The notes beneath the pieces were generated by a model, which was given only the letters and a program-made list of their open reading frames with translations, was not told the DNA's origin and did not search any database. A DNA stretch of 64,000 nucleotides. It comes from Candidatus Latescibacterota bacterium. GTDB lineage: Bacteria; Latescibacterota; CBDEFO01. The translations under genes and the position numbers were made by a program. Location of the stretch: assembly GCA_965237525.1 (NCBI GenBank), contig CBDEFO010000006.1, forward strand, positions 288,001-352,000. The letters run 5' to 3'. The stretch's first letter is position 1, and each line of letters opens with the position of its first letter. Below are positions 49,730-59,734 of the stretch, piece by piece.

Positions 49730-49742
49730 AACTTGGCATGAA

Positions 49743-49777
49743 TCCCAGATTGAATCTATCGGGGATTCAATCTGGGA
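49743..49777. repeat. Compound copy of the 21-bp palindrome
   Basis: TCCCAGATTGAATCTATCGGGGATTCAATCTGGGA. Confidence 0.8.
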
Positions 49778-49871
49778 GCGGGGATCATTCACTTGTGAAA
49801 CCGATTGACCCAAGGAGCACGCAGACCGCTGAATTTTTCCAACTTCTCCGGGAAAGAAAGGGGGATTAAGT

Positions 49872-50627
49872 ATGTCCGTTCAACTCGAGTTTGTAGGTCA
49901 CGCATGTTTTCGGCTGTGGGAAGATGGCAAACCCTCGATTGTCATGGACCCATTTTCGCATGTGAATACGAAACTTCCCGACGATGGGTTTCGCCTTGAG
50001 GCGGAAACCATTATCGTCAGTTCACTTACTGACTCGTCCCATGATTACGTCGGCCTGGTCAGGGGACGTCCTCAGGTAATCAACGCGCTGGACGCAGCCA
50101 CTGGCAAGACTGCGGCAACTATCAACGGCGAACCGTTGGTGGCGATCCCTGCAGCGGAGATCCCGGATCATCCAGAGGGCCCCGACGACAATGCCTTGTA
50201 CGCCTTCAAAGCTGGCGGCTTGTGGTTTGCACACATGGGAGACCTGGGATTCGGGCTGAGCAATGAGGAGCTGGCGCCGTGGATGGGCAGGTGCGATGTC
50301 TTGATGGCCATTGTCGGCGAGAAGTTCACCGCCAAACTGGACGAACTGGATCAGATGATCCAGTTTCTGAAGCCGACCTGGATCGTTCCTATGCACTATG
50401 CGTTACCGCCCCTGGGCGGGGAAGATGCCGGCGGCATGACCTACCTGGATGCGTTCCTCAATCGCCGCATGAGCGACCCGGTCTTCCTCGCCTGTCACCA
50501 TACGGTGTCTTTTCCGCTGCCCAGGGCAGAAGATAGCCGACCGACCATTGTCGTTCTGGAACCGTCCAGCTATGAACCGGTCGGAGGCCTTGTAGAATTT
50601 CATTGTAAGCTAGGGAGGTCTGAGTGA
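49872..50627 (+). CDS. MBL-fold metallo-hydrolase-like protein
   Basis: FVGHACFRL, VMDPF, AHMGDLG, IVPMHY; the HxHxDH motif is degenerate (SSLTDSSHD). Confidence 0.8.
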   Translation: MSVQLEFVGHACFRLWEDGKPSIVMDPFSHVNTKLPDDGFRLEAETIIVSSLTDSSHDYVGLVRGRPQVINALDAATGKTAATINGEPLVAIPAAEIPDHPEGPDDNALYAFKAGGLWFAHMGDLGFGLSNEELAPWMGRCDVLMAIVGEKFTAKLDELDQMIQFLKPTWIVPMHYALPPLGGEDAGGMTYLDAFLNRRMSDPVFLACHHTVSFPLPRAEDSRPTIVVLEPSSYEPVGGLVEFHCKLGRSE

Positions 50628-51640
50628 AACTTGGAATCAATACACATTTTATCATGAAGTTCGAGCGGGAAGAAGGCCTGAGGTTCTGCCAGGCAATCGG
50701 GGTGAGCGCGGTCGAAGTCGGTGCTACGGGCCCAACTGCTAAGAGATACTGCGACGTGGACAAGCTACTGGCGGACCGGGGCGAGCTGGACCGCTGGCTC
50801 GACGCTTACGCCAGTCACGGCCTTGAACTCTACTCGTTCAGTGGGCACGGTGCACCGCTGGCGCCTGATGCGGAGATCGCCGCCGAATATTCGCGCCAGT
50901 TTCGCCAGGCCTGCAAGCTGATGGAGCAACTTGGGGTCCGGAGGATGGCGCTGGTGGCAGGGCTTCCCGAAGGCGCCGAGGGCGACAGCCTGCCGGCCTG
51001 GATCGTCAACATGGAATTTCCGTTCTACCGCGACGCACTCGACTGGCAGTGGGAGAAGCGCCTGATCCCGTACTGGAAGGAGCACGGCAAGATCGCCTCA
51101 GATCACGGCGTAACCCTGTGCTTCGAGATGCAGATCAACGACATGATCCACACTCCGGTCCAGCTGAGGAGGCTGCACGACGAACTTGGCCCGGTCGTGG
51201 CCTGCAACTTCGATATTTCGCACATGTGGATCCAGCGGATAGATCCATTTGAGGCGATGCACTACCTTGGAGAACTGATTCAGAATGTCCACCTCAAGGA
51301 CACCCTCATCCACGAGCCCAACGCCAAGCTGCGCGGCTTGTTCGACTCCACTAGCAAGGACAACTTCGAGGAGCGTTCCTGGACATTCACTATACCCGGC
51401 TGGGGTCACGACGAGCAGACCTGGCGCCAGGTCATAGCTACGCTGCGCTTCTTAGGCTACGACGGGATACTCTCTCTCGAGATGGAGAGTGAGTACATGG
51501 AGATGCAGGAGGGCTTGGAAAAGGCAGCGGCCTTCATCCGGCCCATGATACTTGAGAAGCCAGTCGGTCAGACGTGGCAGCAGATGATGCAGCTGTACGA
51601 ACCCTGGAAAGAATGGTCTGAAAGCCAAGATGGAGACTGA
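50624..51640 (+). CDS. Sugar phosphate isomerase/epimerase (TIM barrel)
   Basis: LCFEM, NFDISH, VHLKD, LSLEME. Confidence 0.88.
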   Translation: MKLGINTHFIMKFEREEGLRFCQAIGVSAVEVGATGPTAKRYCDVDKLLADRGELDRWLDAYASHGLELYSFSGHGAPLAPDAEIAAEYSRQFRQACKLMEQLGVRRMALVAGLPEGAEGDSLPAWIVNMEFPFYRDALDWQWEKRLIPYWKEHGKIASDHGVTLCFEMQINDMIHTPVQLRRLHDELGPVVACNFDISHMWIQRIDPFEAMHYLGELIQNVHLKDTLIHEPNAKLRGLFDSTSKDNFEERSWTFTIPGWGHDEQTWRQVIATLRFLGYDGILSLEMESEYMEMQEGLEKAAAFIRPMILEKPVGQTWQQMMQLYEPWKEWSESQDGD

Positions 51641-51643
51641 AAA

Positions 51644-52262
51644 ATGGACGCTCTTGAGATAGCAGCCAAGTGGCATCAAGAGGCAGACCAGCTCATTTAT
51701 GACCGAGGGATAGATGCGATCCTTCGGTCTTACGGACGCGTATCGTACACAGGAAGCTACGCGATTAACTTGATGGCCTGGCCAGACATTGATATCGACA
51801 TGGTGCTGGGATATCGACATGGTGCTGGAGCCAGATCCTTTTTTAACCGATGACTTTTTCAAGATGGGCAAAGAGATTGTAACCATTGACGGCGTGCTTT
51901 CACTCAAGTTTAACAACTTTCTTCCGCAGCAAGTGGAAGGACTGACCAATGGCCTTTACTGGGGGGTACGCAAAACTACATGGACCACACGGTGGAAAAT
52001 AGACATATCGGCTACGGACACAGAATATCTTGAAAAGAATCGGGCCTCGATGGAACGGATACGTCGAGCGCTGGATGAGGAGACACGAAGATCGATCATT
52101 CAGATCAAACACGCCTTGTTGACTTCAGAAGGTCGTACGCCTGTGCTAAGCGGCTATCACATCTACGAAGCCGTTTTATTTAAAGGATTACGGTATAAAG
52201 GATTACGGACAGAGGAGCACCTACGAACATACTTGAGGCAGCAATGGATTGAAGGAGTCTGA
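51644..52262 (+). pseudogene. Nucleotidyltransferase-like protein frameshifted by a 19-bp tandem duplication
   Basis: TGSYAINLMAWPDIDI motif; GATATCGACATGGTGCTGG twice at 51791-51828. Confidence 0.8.
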
Positions 52263-52358
52263 AAGTGCTCTAACAGATTTCACCTGTTTTCAAACATGAG
52301 CCACTTTTTAAACTTCATCGCCGTACACATAACTTCTTATTAACAGGAGAACTAACAC

Positions 52359-53432
52359 ATGGTAGGGACAATCGACCTCAGAAAACTTGAAGGCTCAAAG
52401 AAGATATTTGTCGTAAGGGAACAGGGGTATTTCCCCGTCGCCGTATCTTTTCCGGACGGGAGGATCGTTGTGGTCTTGAGGGATGGGGCAGGACACATGG
52501 GGATCGAAGGCAGACTGTACTCCCTGTGGTCAGACGACAGCGGTGAAAGCTGGTCACTCCCTGTGGAGATCGTTGACAGCCAGAGAGACGATCGAAATCC
52601 ATCGGTGGGATTAAGCGTGAACAATGTTCTGGTCCTGGGGTACCACGTTCAGGGCTGTTATACCCCTGCCGGGAAGTATCAACCGGGAGAAGGCTCGGTG
52701 GATACGTACCTAACCCGGTCCCACGATAGCGGGGAGACGTGGGAAGAGGCGTACCCTTTGAGCTACCAGCCGCTGAACTCCAGATCCCCTTTTGGGAGGA
52801 TGCTGACGCTGGACGACGGGACGCTGCTTATGCCGATGTATGGGCATATGACGGGGGTTATAGATGGCGAGGAAGATTCTAAGACCGGATATTGCTCCTA
52901 TCTTCTGCGCTCAAAGGATGAGGGTCTGACATGGAGCGATCCGTCCTTGGTGGCGGCCGATCTGAACGAGGCCTCGTTTTTGAGATTTCCACATCGAGAC
53001 ATAATAGGGGCTATCAGAGGCCAGGAGGGTGGAGGAGGTCTGCAGATAGTGCGCTCAGGCGACGATGGCTATACGTGGACAACGCCAACCAGGATTACAG
53101 GGCCACAGGAGCATCCGTGGGATATGACGCTTTTGAAGAACGGATACGTTCTGTTAGTGTACGGCCAGCGAAATGAACCCTACGGTGCCAACGCGATGAT
53201 CTCTAAGGACGGAGGGCGTACATGGGAGTATGAGACGAAGTTGATCATCGACGACACCCGTCCAGGGAAAGACTGCGGCTATCCGACTTCGGTTCGAAGA
53301 GATGACGGAACGATCGTTACTATCTACTACTCAGCAGGCGATCACATGGACGGATACAGAGGCGACGGAGCATTCGCTAAAGCTTTAATTTACAGCGAAG
53401 ACGAACTTATAAAAGCAGTAGACAGCACATGA
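52359..53432 (+). CDS. Sialidase-like BNR/Asp-box beta-propeller protein
   Basis: Asp boxes SDDSGESW, SHDSGETW, SKDEGLTW, SGDDGYTW, SKDGGRTW; DCGYP. Confidence 0.88.
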   Translation: MVGTIDLRKLEGSKKIFVVREQGYFPVAVSFPDGRIVVVLRDGAGHMGIEGRLYSLWSDDSGESWSLPVEIVDSQRDDRNPSVGLSVNNVLVLGYHVQGCYTPAGKYQPGEGSVDTYLTRSHDSGETWEEAYPLSYQPLNSRSPFGRMLTLDDGTLLMPMYGHMTGVIDGEEDSKTGYCSYLLRSKDEGLTWSDPSLVAADLNEASFLRFPHRDIIGAIRGQEGGGGLQIVRSGDDGYTWTTPTRITGPQEHPWDMTLLKNGYVLLVYGQRNEPYGANAMISKDGGRTWEYETKLIIDDTRPGKDCGYPTSVRRDDGTIVTIYYSAGDHMDGYRGDGAFAKALIYSEDELIKAVDST

Positions 53433-53448
53433 TTGACAGTTGACCGGA

Positions 53449-53469
53449 CCCCGATTGAATCTATCGGGG
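53449..53469. repeat. 21-bp palindrome, reverse orientation
   Basis: CCCCGATTGAATCTATCGGGG. Confidence 0.9.
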
Positions 53470-53514
53470 CGGATCGGTGGCAGGGCACCGCTTCCCCTCC
53501 CCTGAGTTTGCTTT

Positions 53515-53586
53515 GTCAGACAGGAATGTCTGACCCACCTTTTTATATATGTTCGTAGTTGGTAGAACAGACATTCTTGTCTGTTC
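53515..53586. repeat. Inverted REP doublet (GTAG/GTGG type)
   Basis: GTCAGACAGGAATGTCTGACCCACC and GGTAGAACAGACATTCTTGTCTGTTC. Confidence 0.75.
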
Positions 53587-53642
53587 AGTAGAGTGGGTAT
53601 CCGTGTCTCTACATCTGATGTACTAATGAATAGGAGGAAAAC

Positions 53643-54710
53643 ATGCGCAAGGCGTCTTTGGACTTTCTCAAAGCACTCGTGGAGGCTCCAAGCCCTTCAG
53701 GCTTTGAGGGACCCGTCCGGAAGATCTGGAAAAGGGAGGTGGAGGGCTACGCAGACGAGGTAAAGGTAGACCTTCACGGGAACACCATCGCCTCGTACAA
53801 CCCCGACGGAGAACCCAGGATAATGCTTGCGGGGCACTGCGATGAGTTGGGCTTTATGGTTGTGTACATCAACGACGAGGGCTACATCCACTTTTCAACA
53901 ATCGGAGGGTTCGACTATACGCTCATTCCGGGCAGAAAAGTTCGCATCCACACGAAGAATGGACCTGTTTTAGGCGTCATCGGAAGGAAGGCCGTGCACC
54001 TTATGGAGGACGATGAGAGGAAGAAGGCCTCCAAGATTCACGAGCTGTGGATCGACATAGGAGCAGAGGACAAGAAAGAGACGGAATCTGTAGTTTCTAT
54101 AGGCGATCCCATAACCTACGATGCAAACTTCGAGGAGTTGAGGAACGGGGTAGCTATCTCAAGGGCGTTCGACGATAAAGCAGGTGCCTTCGTAGTAGCA
54201 GAGGCTATGAGAATAGTAGCGAACAAAAGACAAAAGCCGAGGGCGGCCCTCTTTTCGGTGGCTACGGTTCAGGAGGAGATAGGATTAAGGGGAGCCACAA
54301 CGAGCGCATACGGCGTTAATCCGACTGTGGGAATAGCTGTAGATGTGACGCATGCGACGGATCAACCTGACGTGGACAAACGGAAAATCGGCGATGTCAA
54401 GATAGGCGGGGGACCCTCGATTTCAAGAGGAGCCAACATAAATCCCGTGGTGTTCGATCTCCTGATTCAAATAGCCGAAGATAAGAAAATACCCTATCAG
54501 CTTGAGGGAGAGCCCAGGGGAACAGGCACAGATGCTAACGCCATTCAGCTTGCGCGGGCAGGAGTCGCCGCCGGTCTTGTGGGCGTACCTTTGAGATACA
54601 TGCACACCCCTGTGGAGCTTTTAGCCTTCAAGGACGCCGAAAACTGTGCCAAACTACTGGCCGAGTTTGTCATGGCAGTGGACAGCTCTACAAGTTTTGT
54701 GCCGGATTAA
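53643..54710 (+). CDS. M42 family metalloaminopeptidase
   Basis: SPSGFE, AGHCDELG, AFDDKAG, TVQEEIGLRGA, LRYMHTP. Confidence 0.93.
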   Translation: MRKASLDFLKALVEAPSPSGFEGPVRKIWKREVEGYADEVKVDLHGNTIASYNPDGEPRIMLAGHCDELGFMVVYINDEGYIHFSTIGGFDYTLIPGRKVRIHTKNGPVLGVIGRKAVHLMEDDERKKASKIHELWIDIGAEDKKETESVVSIGDPITYDANFEELRNGVAISRAFDDKAGAFVVAEAMRIVANKRQKPRAALFSVATVQEEIGLRGATTSAYGVNPTVGIAVDVTHATDQPDVDKRKIGDVKIGGGPSISRGANINPVVFDLLIQIAEDKKIPYQLEGEPRGTGTDANAIQLARAGVAAGLVGVPLRYMHTPVELLAFKDAENCAKLLAEFVMAVDSSTSFVPD

Positions 54711-54776
54711 GGCGGGAAAGGTCTATCTCCAATACAGGCTATCGTTTGGAAATACATAAAAGAAGACAGAAGCAAG

Positions 54777-55061
54777 ATGTCCCAAAACAGAGCAAACCTC
54801 CACACCGTTGTAAGCGGAGTGGTTCAGGGAGTCGGATTTCGATTCTTCGCTCAGGCAATAGCGTACAGATACAATCTGGTCGGATACGTCAGGAATCTGC
54901 CTGACGGGAGGGTCGAGGTGGAAGTCGAGGGGGAAATAGGACTCCTGAACGATTTCCTGGAAGATATGAAAAGGGGACCAATCTCCGCCAGGGTAACAGC
55001 CGTTGGGACAAAATGGGGAGAATATTCGGGGAAATACAAGAACTTTGAAGTCAGATATTGA
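54777..55061 (+). CDS. acyP: Acylphosphatase
   Basis: [22 protein letters not shown]. Confidence 0.95.
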   Translation: MSQNRANLHTVVSGVVQGVGFRFFAQAIAYRYNLVGYVRNLPDGRVEVEVEGEIGLLNDFLEDMKRGPISARVTAVGTKWGEYSGKYKNFEVRY

Positions 55062-55292
55062 AAAGGAAATGAAAAACACTCGGCTCTGGTTGGTCTAATA
55101 AGGCGAAAGCCCAGGTTGTTGATGTTGAGGGCGTTGGAACTAGTCTGCTGCCGCAGGAATTTGGGATTTTCACCGGAAATCTTGGTCCCATTGAGGTGAT
55201 CTCCGTCCTCCGAGCACAAGCGCATGTTTCTGTTTGAAATACGAAGAGCTTAAGACACTTATCTGGAATTTCAAGTCAGGGGAGAATTCATA

Positions 55293-55808
55293 TTGAAAGA
55301 ATTAAAAAACTATATCAGAGACGTCCCAGATTTTCCCAAGAAAGGGATCGTATTCAAGGACATTACGACTCTCTTAAAGGATCAAGAGGCCTTCAAGGAC
55401 GCAATTGATCAGCTTACGGAGCCGTTTCGAGAAGCCGAAGTTGACATTGTAGTCGGCATCGAGTCCAGAGGGTTCATCTTCGGCTCGGCGGTGGCTTACA
55501 AACTCGGAGCGGCCTTCGTCCCCGTCCGAAAGCCCGGCAAGCTCCCCGCAGATGCCCTCAAAGAAGAATACGCCCTGGAGTACGGAACAGACGTGGTCGA
55601 GATTCACCAAGACAGCATAAAAGAGGGCCAGAAGGTGCTTATAGTAGACGACCTTCTGGCGACCGGAGGAACGATGGAGGCTACCTGTAAGCTCATCGAA
55701 CAGCTCAAAGCCCAAATCGTCGGCATAAGGTTCCTGATCGAGCTTACCTTCTTAAAGGGAAAAGAGAAGTTGAGTGGCTACGATGTATCCTCTATAATCG
55801 AGTATTGA
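55293..55808 (+). CDS. apt: Adenine phosphoribosyltransferase
   Basis: PDFPKKGIVFKDIT, GIESRGF, YALEYG, VDDLLATGGT. Confidence 0.97.
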   Translation: MKELKNYIRDVPDFPKKGIVFKDITTLLKDQEAFKDAIDQLTEPFREAEVDIVVGIESRGFIFGSAVAYKLGAAFVPVRKPGKLPADALKEEYALEYGTDVVEIHQDSIKEGQKVLIVDDLLATGGTMEATCKLIEQLKAQIVGIRFLIELTFLKGKEKLSGYDVSSIIEY

Positions 55809-55864
55809 TGTCCGTACTGTGGCGAGTAGAATAGCAAGAGCGAACGGAAAAATAAGGTAATCTT

Positions 55865-56497
55865 ATGAAATCAACCGAGGAACTGTATCAGATTGCCGAT
55901 GAATTGCGGGCTATTGCCAATCTTGGCCTGAATTATTCAAAAAATGAATATGATCTGGATAGATATGAAAGGATTCTTTCTGCTAGCGCGCGATTGATTG
56001 GAGCGATAGAGCACCGATCATCAGAAGAAGTATTGGAGCAGTTTCAAGATAACATGTTCCATGTGAGTCCATTGGCAGGGGCTGAGGCTGCTGTACTCCA
56101 TGACAACCAACTTTTGCTCGTCAGGAGACAAGACAATGGACTTTGGGCGATTCCTGGAGGGCTCACAGATGTAGGCGAAACATTAGCTGAGGCAGCCCAA
56201 CGTGAGCTCTGGGAAGAGACACAGATAAGAGGACATGTTACAAAGTTGATTGGGATTTTCGACTCGCGAAAGTGGAAGAGTCGGACTAAAGCTCAGCTTT
56301 ATCATGCTGTGTTTCTCGTAGAATGCGAAAACCCTTCGCCATCAACAAGTTCAGAGACGACAGATGTCCGTTTTTTTAGTGAAGACCGTTTGCCATCCCT
56401 TTCACCAGGTCATCATCTAAGAGTTCCTTTTGTCCTTAATCTTCTTCGCGAAGAGAAGTCAATACCATATTTCGATCCTCCTGAAGGCACTTTTTAA
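55865..56497 (+). CDS. NUDIX hydrolase with N-terminal Nudix_N domain
   Basis: [44 protein letters not shown]. Confidence 0.9.
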   Translation: MKSTEELYQIADELRAIANLGLNYSKNEYDLDRYERILSASARLIGAIEHRSSEEVLEQFQDNMFHVSPLAGAEAAVLHDNQLLLVRRQDNGLWAIPGGLTDVGETLAEAAQRELWEETQIRGHVTKLIGIFDSRKWKSRTKAQLYHAVFLVECENPSPSTSSETTDVRFFSEDRLPSLSPGHHLRVPFVLNLLREEKSIPYFDPPEGTF

Positions 56498-56507
56498 GAC
56501 ATCGAGA

Positions 56508-56608
56508 CCCAAGTTCTCGGAGTACAGTTCTTGATCGAGCTTACCTTCTTGAACGCTGGGAGCAGTCGAGTGGATACGATGTATCCTCTATAATCGAATA
56601 CTGATGTC
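56508..56608 (+). repeat. Degenerate duplicate of the apt 3' end (55711-55812)
   Basis: Shared TGATCGAGCTTACCTTCTT and TACGATGTATCCTCTATAATCGA...TGATGTC. Confidence 0.9.
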
Positions 56609-56714
56609 AAAGGAAATAGCCAGACAGCGCGGTGTAGGGCATCTATTGGCCACTCCGCTGTCTTTTCACTTCGCATCGCAAGTGTAAAGTGACATACGCT
56701 AAAGAGGATAGCTA

Positions 56715-57182
56715 ATGACTCGTGCACCTTTTCAAGTCCTGGTCTTCCCCTACCGATTCGATCGGCATGGTGAAATTGAATATGCAATATTTAGTAGATC
56801 CGACTCCGAGCTAGATGTCTGGCAAGGTATTGCAGGAGGTGGTGAAGATGACGAAACGCCTTTAGAGGCGGCAAAACGGGAGACATGGGAGGAGATTGGC
56901 CTACCTACCAAGTCCCTCTTCACCGCTTTGGACACAGTCTCATCAATACCGGTTGCATGCTTCGGGGATAGCCATCTATGGGGTGACGAAGTGTTCGTGA
57001 TCCGCGAGTACTCTTTCGGTGTAGATGCGTCGGAATGTAAGATAACACTTTCGTGTGAACACATTGAATATAAATGGCTTGCGTACAACAATGCTGTAGA
57101 ACTCCTGAAATGGGACGGCAACAAGACCGCATTATGGGAACTAAATCAGCGTCTAAAAATGCTCGCGGCTTTGCCCGACTGA
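56715..57182 (+). CDS. NUDIX pyrophosphatase
   Basis: RAPFQVLVFPY; WQGIAGGGEDDETPLEAAKRETWEEIG. Confidence 0.9.
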   Translation: MTRAPFQVLVFPYRFDRHGEIEYAIFSRSDSELDVWQGIAGGGEDDETPLEAAKRETWEEIGLPTKSLFTALDTVSSIPVACFGDSHLWGDEVFVIREYSFGVDASECKITLSCEHIEYKWLAYNNAVELLKWDGNKTALWELNQRLKMLAALPD

Positions 57183-57211
57183 AACAGCAAGATAGACGAG
57201 GAGGGTAGGAG

Positions 57212-58150
57212 ATGAAAACTATCAACAAAACTACCTTGGCGAAATCCAGAGAATATATCGAGAACAATTGCAGGAGACTCGTGAAGGAACTCTTTATTCA
57301 CTCTTTCGAGCGGGAGAACACCAAAGGGGCTATATCTGCGTTACGTGCCTTTCAGAACGGAGATGGCGGATTCGGACACGGACTTGAAAGAGATTTTCTC
57401 CTGCCAGATTCTTCCCCGATGGCAACTTCGGTTGCCTTTGGAATCCTAACCGAATTGGACGTGCCATCAGATGAACCTATCGTTGGGAAGGGAATAGAGT
57501 ACCTCATGAACACATATGATCCCGATAGGGGAAAATGGAGGACAGTCCCCAAGGAAGTTAACGACCACCCCCATGCTCCGTGGTGGCATTACATGGAGGA
57601 AGAAGACGGGACAGTTCTCGACCGCAACTGGGGAAACCCAACGGCGGAGATTGTAGGATATCTGGTGCGATATAGCAAGTTGGTACCCGCGGATCTACTC
57701 AATCAACTCTACGATCACACTCTCGAATACTTGCGAAACCAGCCGGACACGATGGAAATGCATGAATTGTACTGCTTCCTAAGATTCTCCGAACATATAT
57801 CCCCAGATGATTTTCAGAGTGTTCGCGACAAGCTCACACAGTTGGTCATGAGTGCGGTGACTGCCGATCCGGAAGGGTGGAAACAATATTCATCCCAACC
57901 GCTCGATTTCGTCAAAAGCCCCGATTCGTTCTTGTGTCCATTGCTTCGAGAACATGTGGAAATCAATCTTGACTACTGGATTGACAGCATGGCGCCCGAA
58001 GGCGTCTGGTTACCCACCTGGTCTTGGGAACAGTATGAAGAAGCCTGGTTAGAAGCAGCGAGGGATATTACAGGGGGACTGACCGTAGAAAGATTTAAGG
58101 TATTGGATCGTTTCCATAGAGTCGAGTCACAACGAGAATCGTGGACTTGA
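57212..58150 (+). CDS. Prenyltransferase/squalene-cyclase repeat-like hypothetical protein
   Basis: FQNGDGGFGHGLE, HPHAPWW, NPTAEIVG. Confidence 0.7.
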   Translation: MKTINKTTLAKSREYIENNCRRLVKELFIHSFERENTKGAISALRAFQNGDGGFGHGLERDFLLPDSSPMATSVAFGILTELDVPSDEPIVGKGIEYLMNTYDPDRGKWRTVPKEVNDHPHAPWWHYMEEEDGTVLDRNWGNPTAEIVGYLVRYSKLVPADLLNQLYDHTLEYLRNQPDTMEMHELYCFLRFSEHISPDDFQSVRDKLTQLVMSAVTADPEGWKQYSSQPLDFVKSPDSFLCPLLREHVEINLDYWIDSMAPEGVWLPTWSWEQYEEAWLEAARDITGGLTVERFKVLDRFHRVESQRESWT

Positions 58151-58190
58151 ACGCCTCCATATCGATCCCGACATTCGAAGGGAAAAACAA

Positions 58191-58327
58191 CTGTCAGATT
58201 TACAACCTGAATCCCAGGTAGAGAAAGCAGAATCCAAAGTCAAGACTGAAGCGATGCCAGTTGAGGCGTGGATTTCAAGTCCGGTGCCGCGCTCATACTT
58301 CTGGCTCTGTTGTGGGGCGGGCATCCT
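58191..58327 (+). repeat. Degenerate duplicate of the EamA gene 5' end (58747-58884)
   Basis: Shared GAATCCAAAGTCAAGACTGAAGCGATGCC and GCTCTGTTGTGGGGCGGGCA; 1-nt deletion in this copy. Confidence 0.92.
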
Positions 58328-58349
58328 TCAGAAACAGGAGGTGATGTTG

Positions 58350-58574
58350 ATGCACAAAGGGATCGTGATCGACCCGGAAATTCAGCATGGAAAACCGGTA
58401 ATTCGGGGTACACGGGTGCCCGTAGTACGTATCGTTAGCGGTTTGGCCGATGGCATGACTAATAAGGAGGTCTGCCAGGAATATGAGGTGAGCGAAGAAG
58501 ATGTTCGGGCAGCGCTGGAATATGCGGCTGAGCTGATTGACTCTGAGGAAGTTCATCCGCTTCCCGGATCATAG
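58350..58574 (+). CDS. DUF433 domain protein (antitoxin-like)
   Basis: IDPEIQHGKPVIRGTRVPV...EEDVRAALEYA; GGAGG RBS. Confidence 0.9.
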   Translation: MHKGIVIDPEIQHGKPVIRGTRVPVVRIVSGLADGMTNKEVCQEYEVSEEDVRAALEYAAELIDSEEVHPLPGS

Positions 58575-58645
58575 AAGTCAGGAATTGTATGTAAGAAATA
58601 CAGCTACGGGAGGTCAAAGGAGATCATAAAGCTATCCAATCTGTC

Positions 58646-58674
58646 TTGACCTTGAACAAGTTCTAGTTTATCTT
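58646..58674 (+). promoter_or_regulatory. Sigma70-type promoter for the EamA gene
   Basis: TTGACC-N17-TATCTT. Confidence 0.55.
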
Positions 58675-58746
58675 TCTATGCAAAGAATCTAATTGTTCCC
58701 AAAGGAGTTACATTAAAGGACACATAATTGTCAGAAGGACACATAA

Positions 58747-59688
58747 TTGTCAGAATCAGAACCCCAATCACAAATAGGAGAAACCGAATCCAAAGTCAAG
58801 ACTGAAGCGATGCCGGTTGAGGGCGTGGATTTCAAGTCCGGGGCTGCCCTTATACTTTTAGCTCTGTTGTGGGGCGGGCACCCTGTGGCTATGAAATTTG
58901 GACTAAAGGGCGCTCCCCCAATCGGTATGGGGGCGATAAGATTTGCTATAGGAGCGATTTCCATAGCCTTGTGGTGCGCCTTTACGGGTGTACCTCTGAG
59001 AATGAAAAGGGACGAGGTCAAACCGATTCTATGGATAACTCTGCTCTTTACATCTCAGATAGTGGCTCTAAATTGGGGGACACACCTGACGACCGCAGCC
59101 CATTCGACGGTCCTGATAAATACACATGTCTTCTTCGTATCTATACTAGCTCACTTCCTGATTCCGGGAGATAGATTAAACGTAAAAAAACTCATCGGGA
59201 TCGTCCTGTCCTTTTGCGGCGTGGCTTCCATCTTCAGGGGAAGCCTGGAACTTGGCGAATCGAGCAACCTCTTAGGCGACTCTATTGTGCTCGTAAGCGG
59301 GTTCCTTTTAGCGTTCAGGGCTGTGTTCGGGAAGAGGATAATGCAGTATGTGCATGTCTACAGGTTCCTGGCGTGGCAGATGATATTCGGCCTTATCCCC
59401 TTCACTCTTCTCAGCCTCTACACAGAGGGAGTCGAAGGCTACAATTTTACTCCCACAGTTGTCTTTTCACACTTGTACCAAGGCGTCATCGTAGCCGGGT
59501 TCTGTTTTGTGCTGTGGCACATTCTCTTGAAGCGCAAGAGTCCGAGCAAGATAGTAGTCTTCTTCTGTCTGACTCCCATATTCGGAGTGATCTTGAGCGC
59601 CCTTTTTCTATCAGAGAAGATAACGTGGGACCTTGCGGCTGGAGCGCTCTTAGTTGCAGCGGGAATGTACGTTGTGAATAAATCATAA
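58747..59688 (+). CDS. DMT/EamA family transporter
   Basis: LLWGG, IRFAIG, two hydrophobic repeats, LTPIFGVILSALFLSE. Confidence 0.92.
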   Translation: MSESEPQSQIGETESKVKTEAMPVEGVDFKSGAALILLALLWGGHPVAMKFGLKGAPPIGMGAIRFAIGAISIALWCAFTGVPLRMKRDEVKPILWITLLFTSQIVALNWGTHLTTAAHSTVLINTHVFFVSILAHFLIPGDRLNVKKLIGIVLSFCGVASIFRGSLELGESSNLLGDSIVLVSGFLLAFRAVFGKRIMQYVHVYRFLAWQMIFGLIPFTLLSLYTEGVEGYNFTPTVVFSHLYQGVIVAGFCFVLWHILLKRKSPSKIVVFFCLTPIFGVILSALFLSEKITWDLAAGALLVAAGMYVVNKS

Positions 59689-59703
59689 GGGCAGTAGACA
59701 GGA

Positions 59704-59734
59704 CCCCGATCATCCCCGATAGATTCAATCGAGA
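59704..59734. repeat. Degenerate copy of the 21-bp palindrome
   Basis: CCCCGAT-CA-TCCCCGATAGATTCAATCGAGA. Confidence 0.75.

Noticed and set aside
58254..58349. Longer N-terminus of the DUF433 ORF
   Set aside because: It is the frameshifted EamA duplicate; the RBS points to 58350
55809..58700. Integron cassette array
   Set aside because: No integrase and no attC-like sites; boundaries are duplicated gene ends
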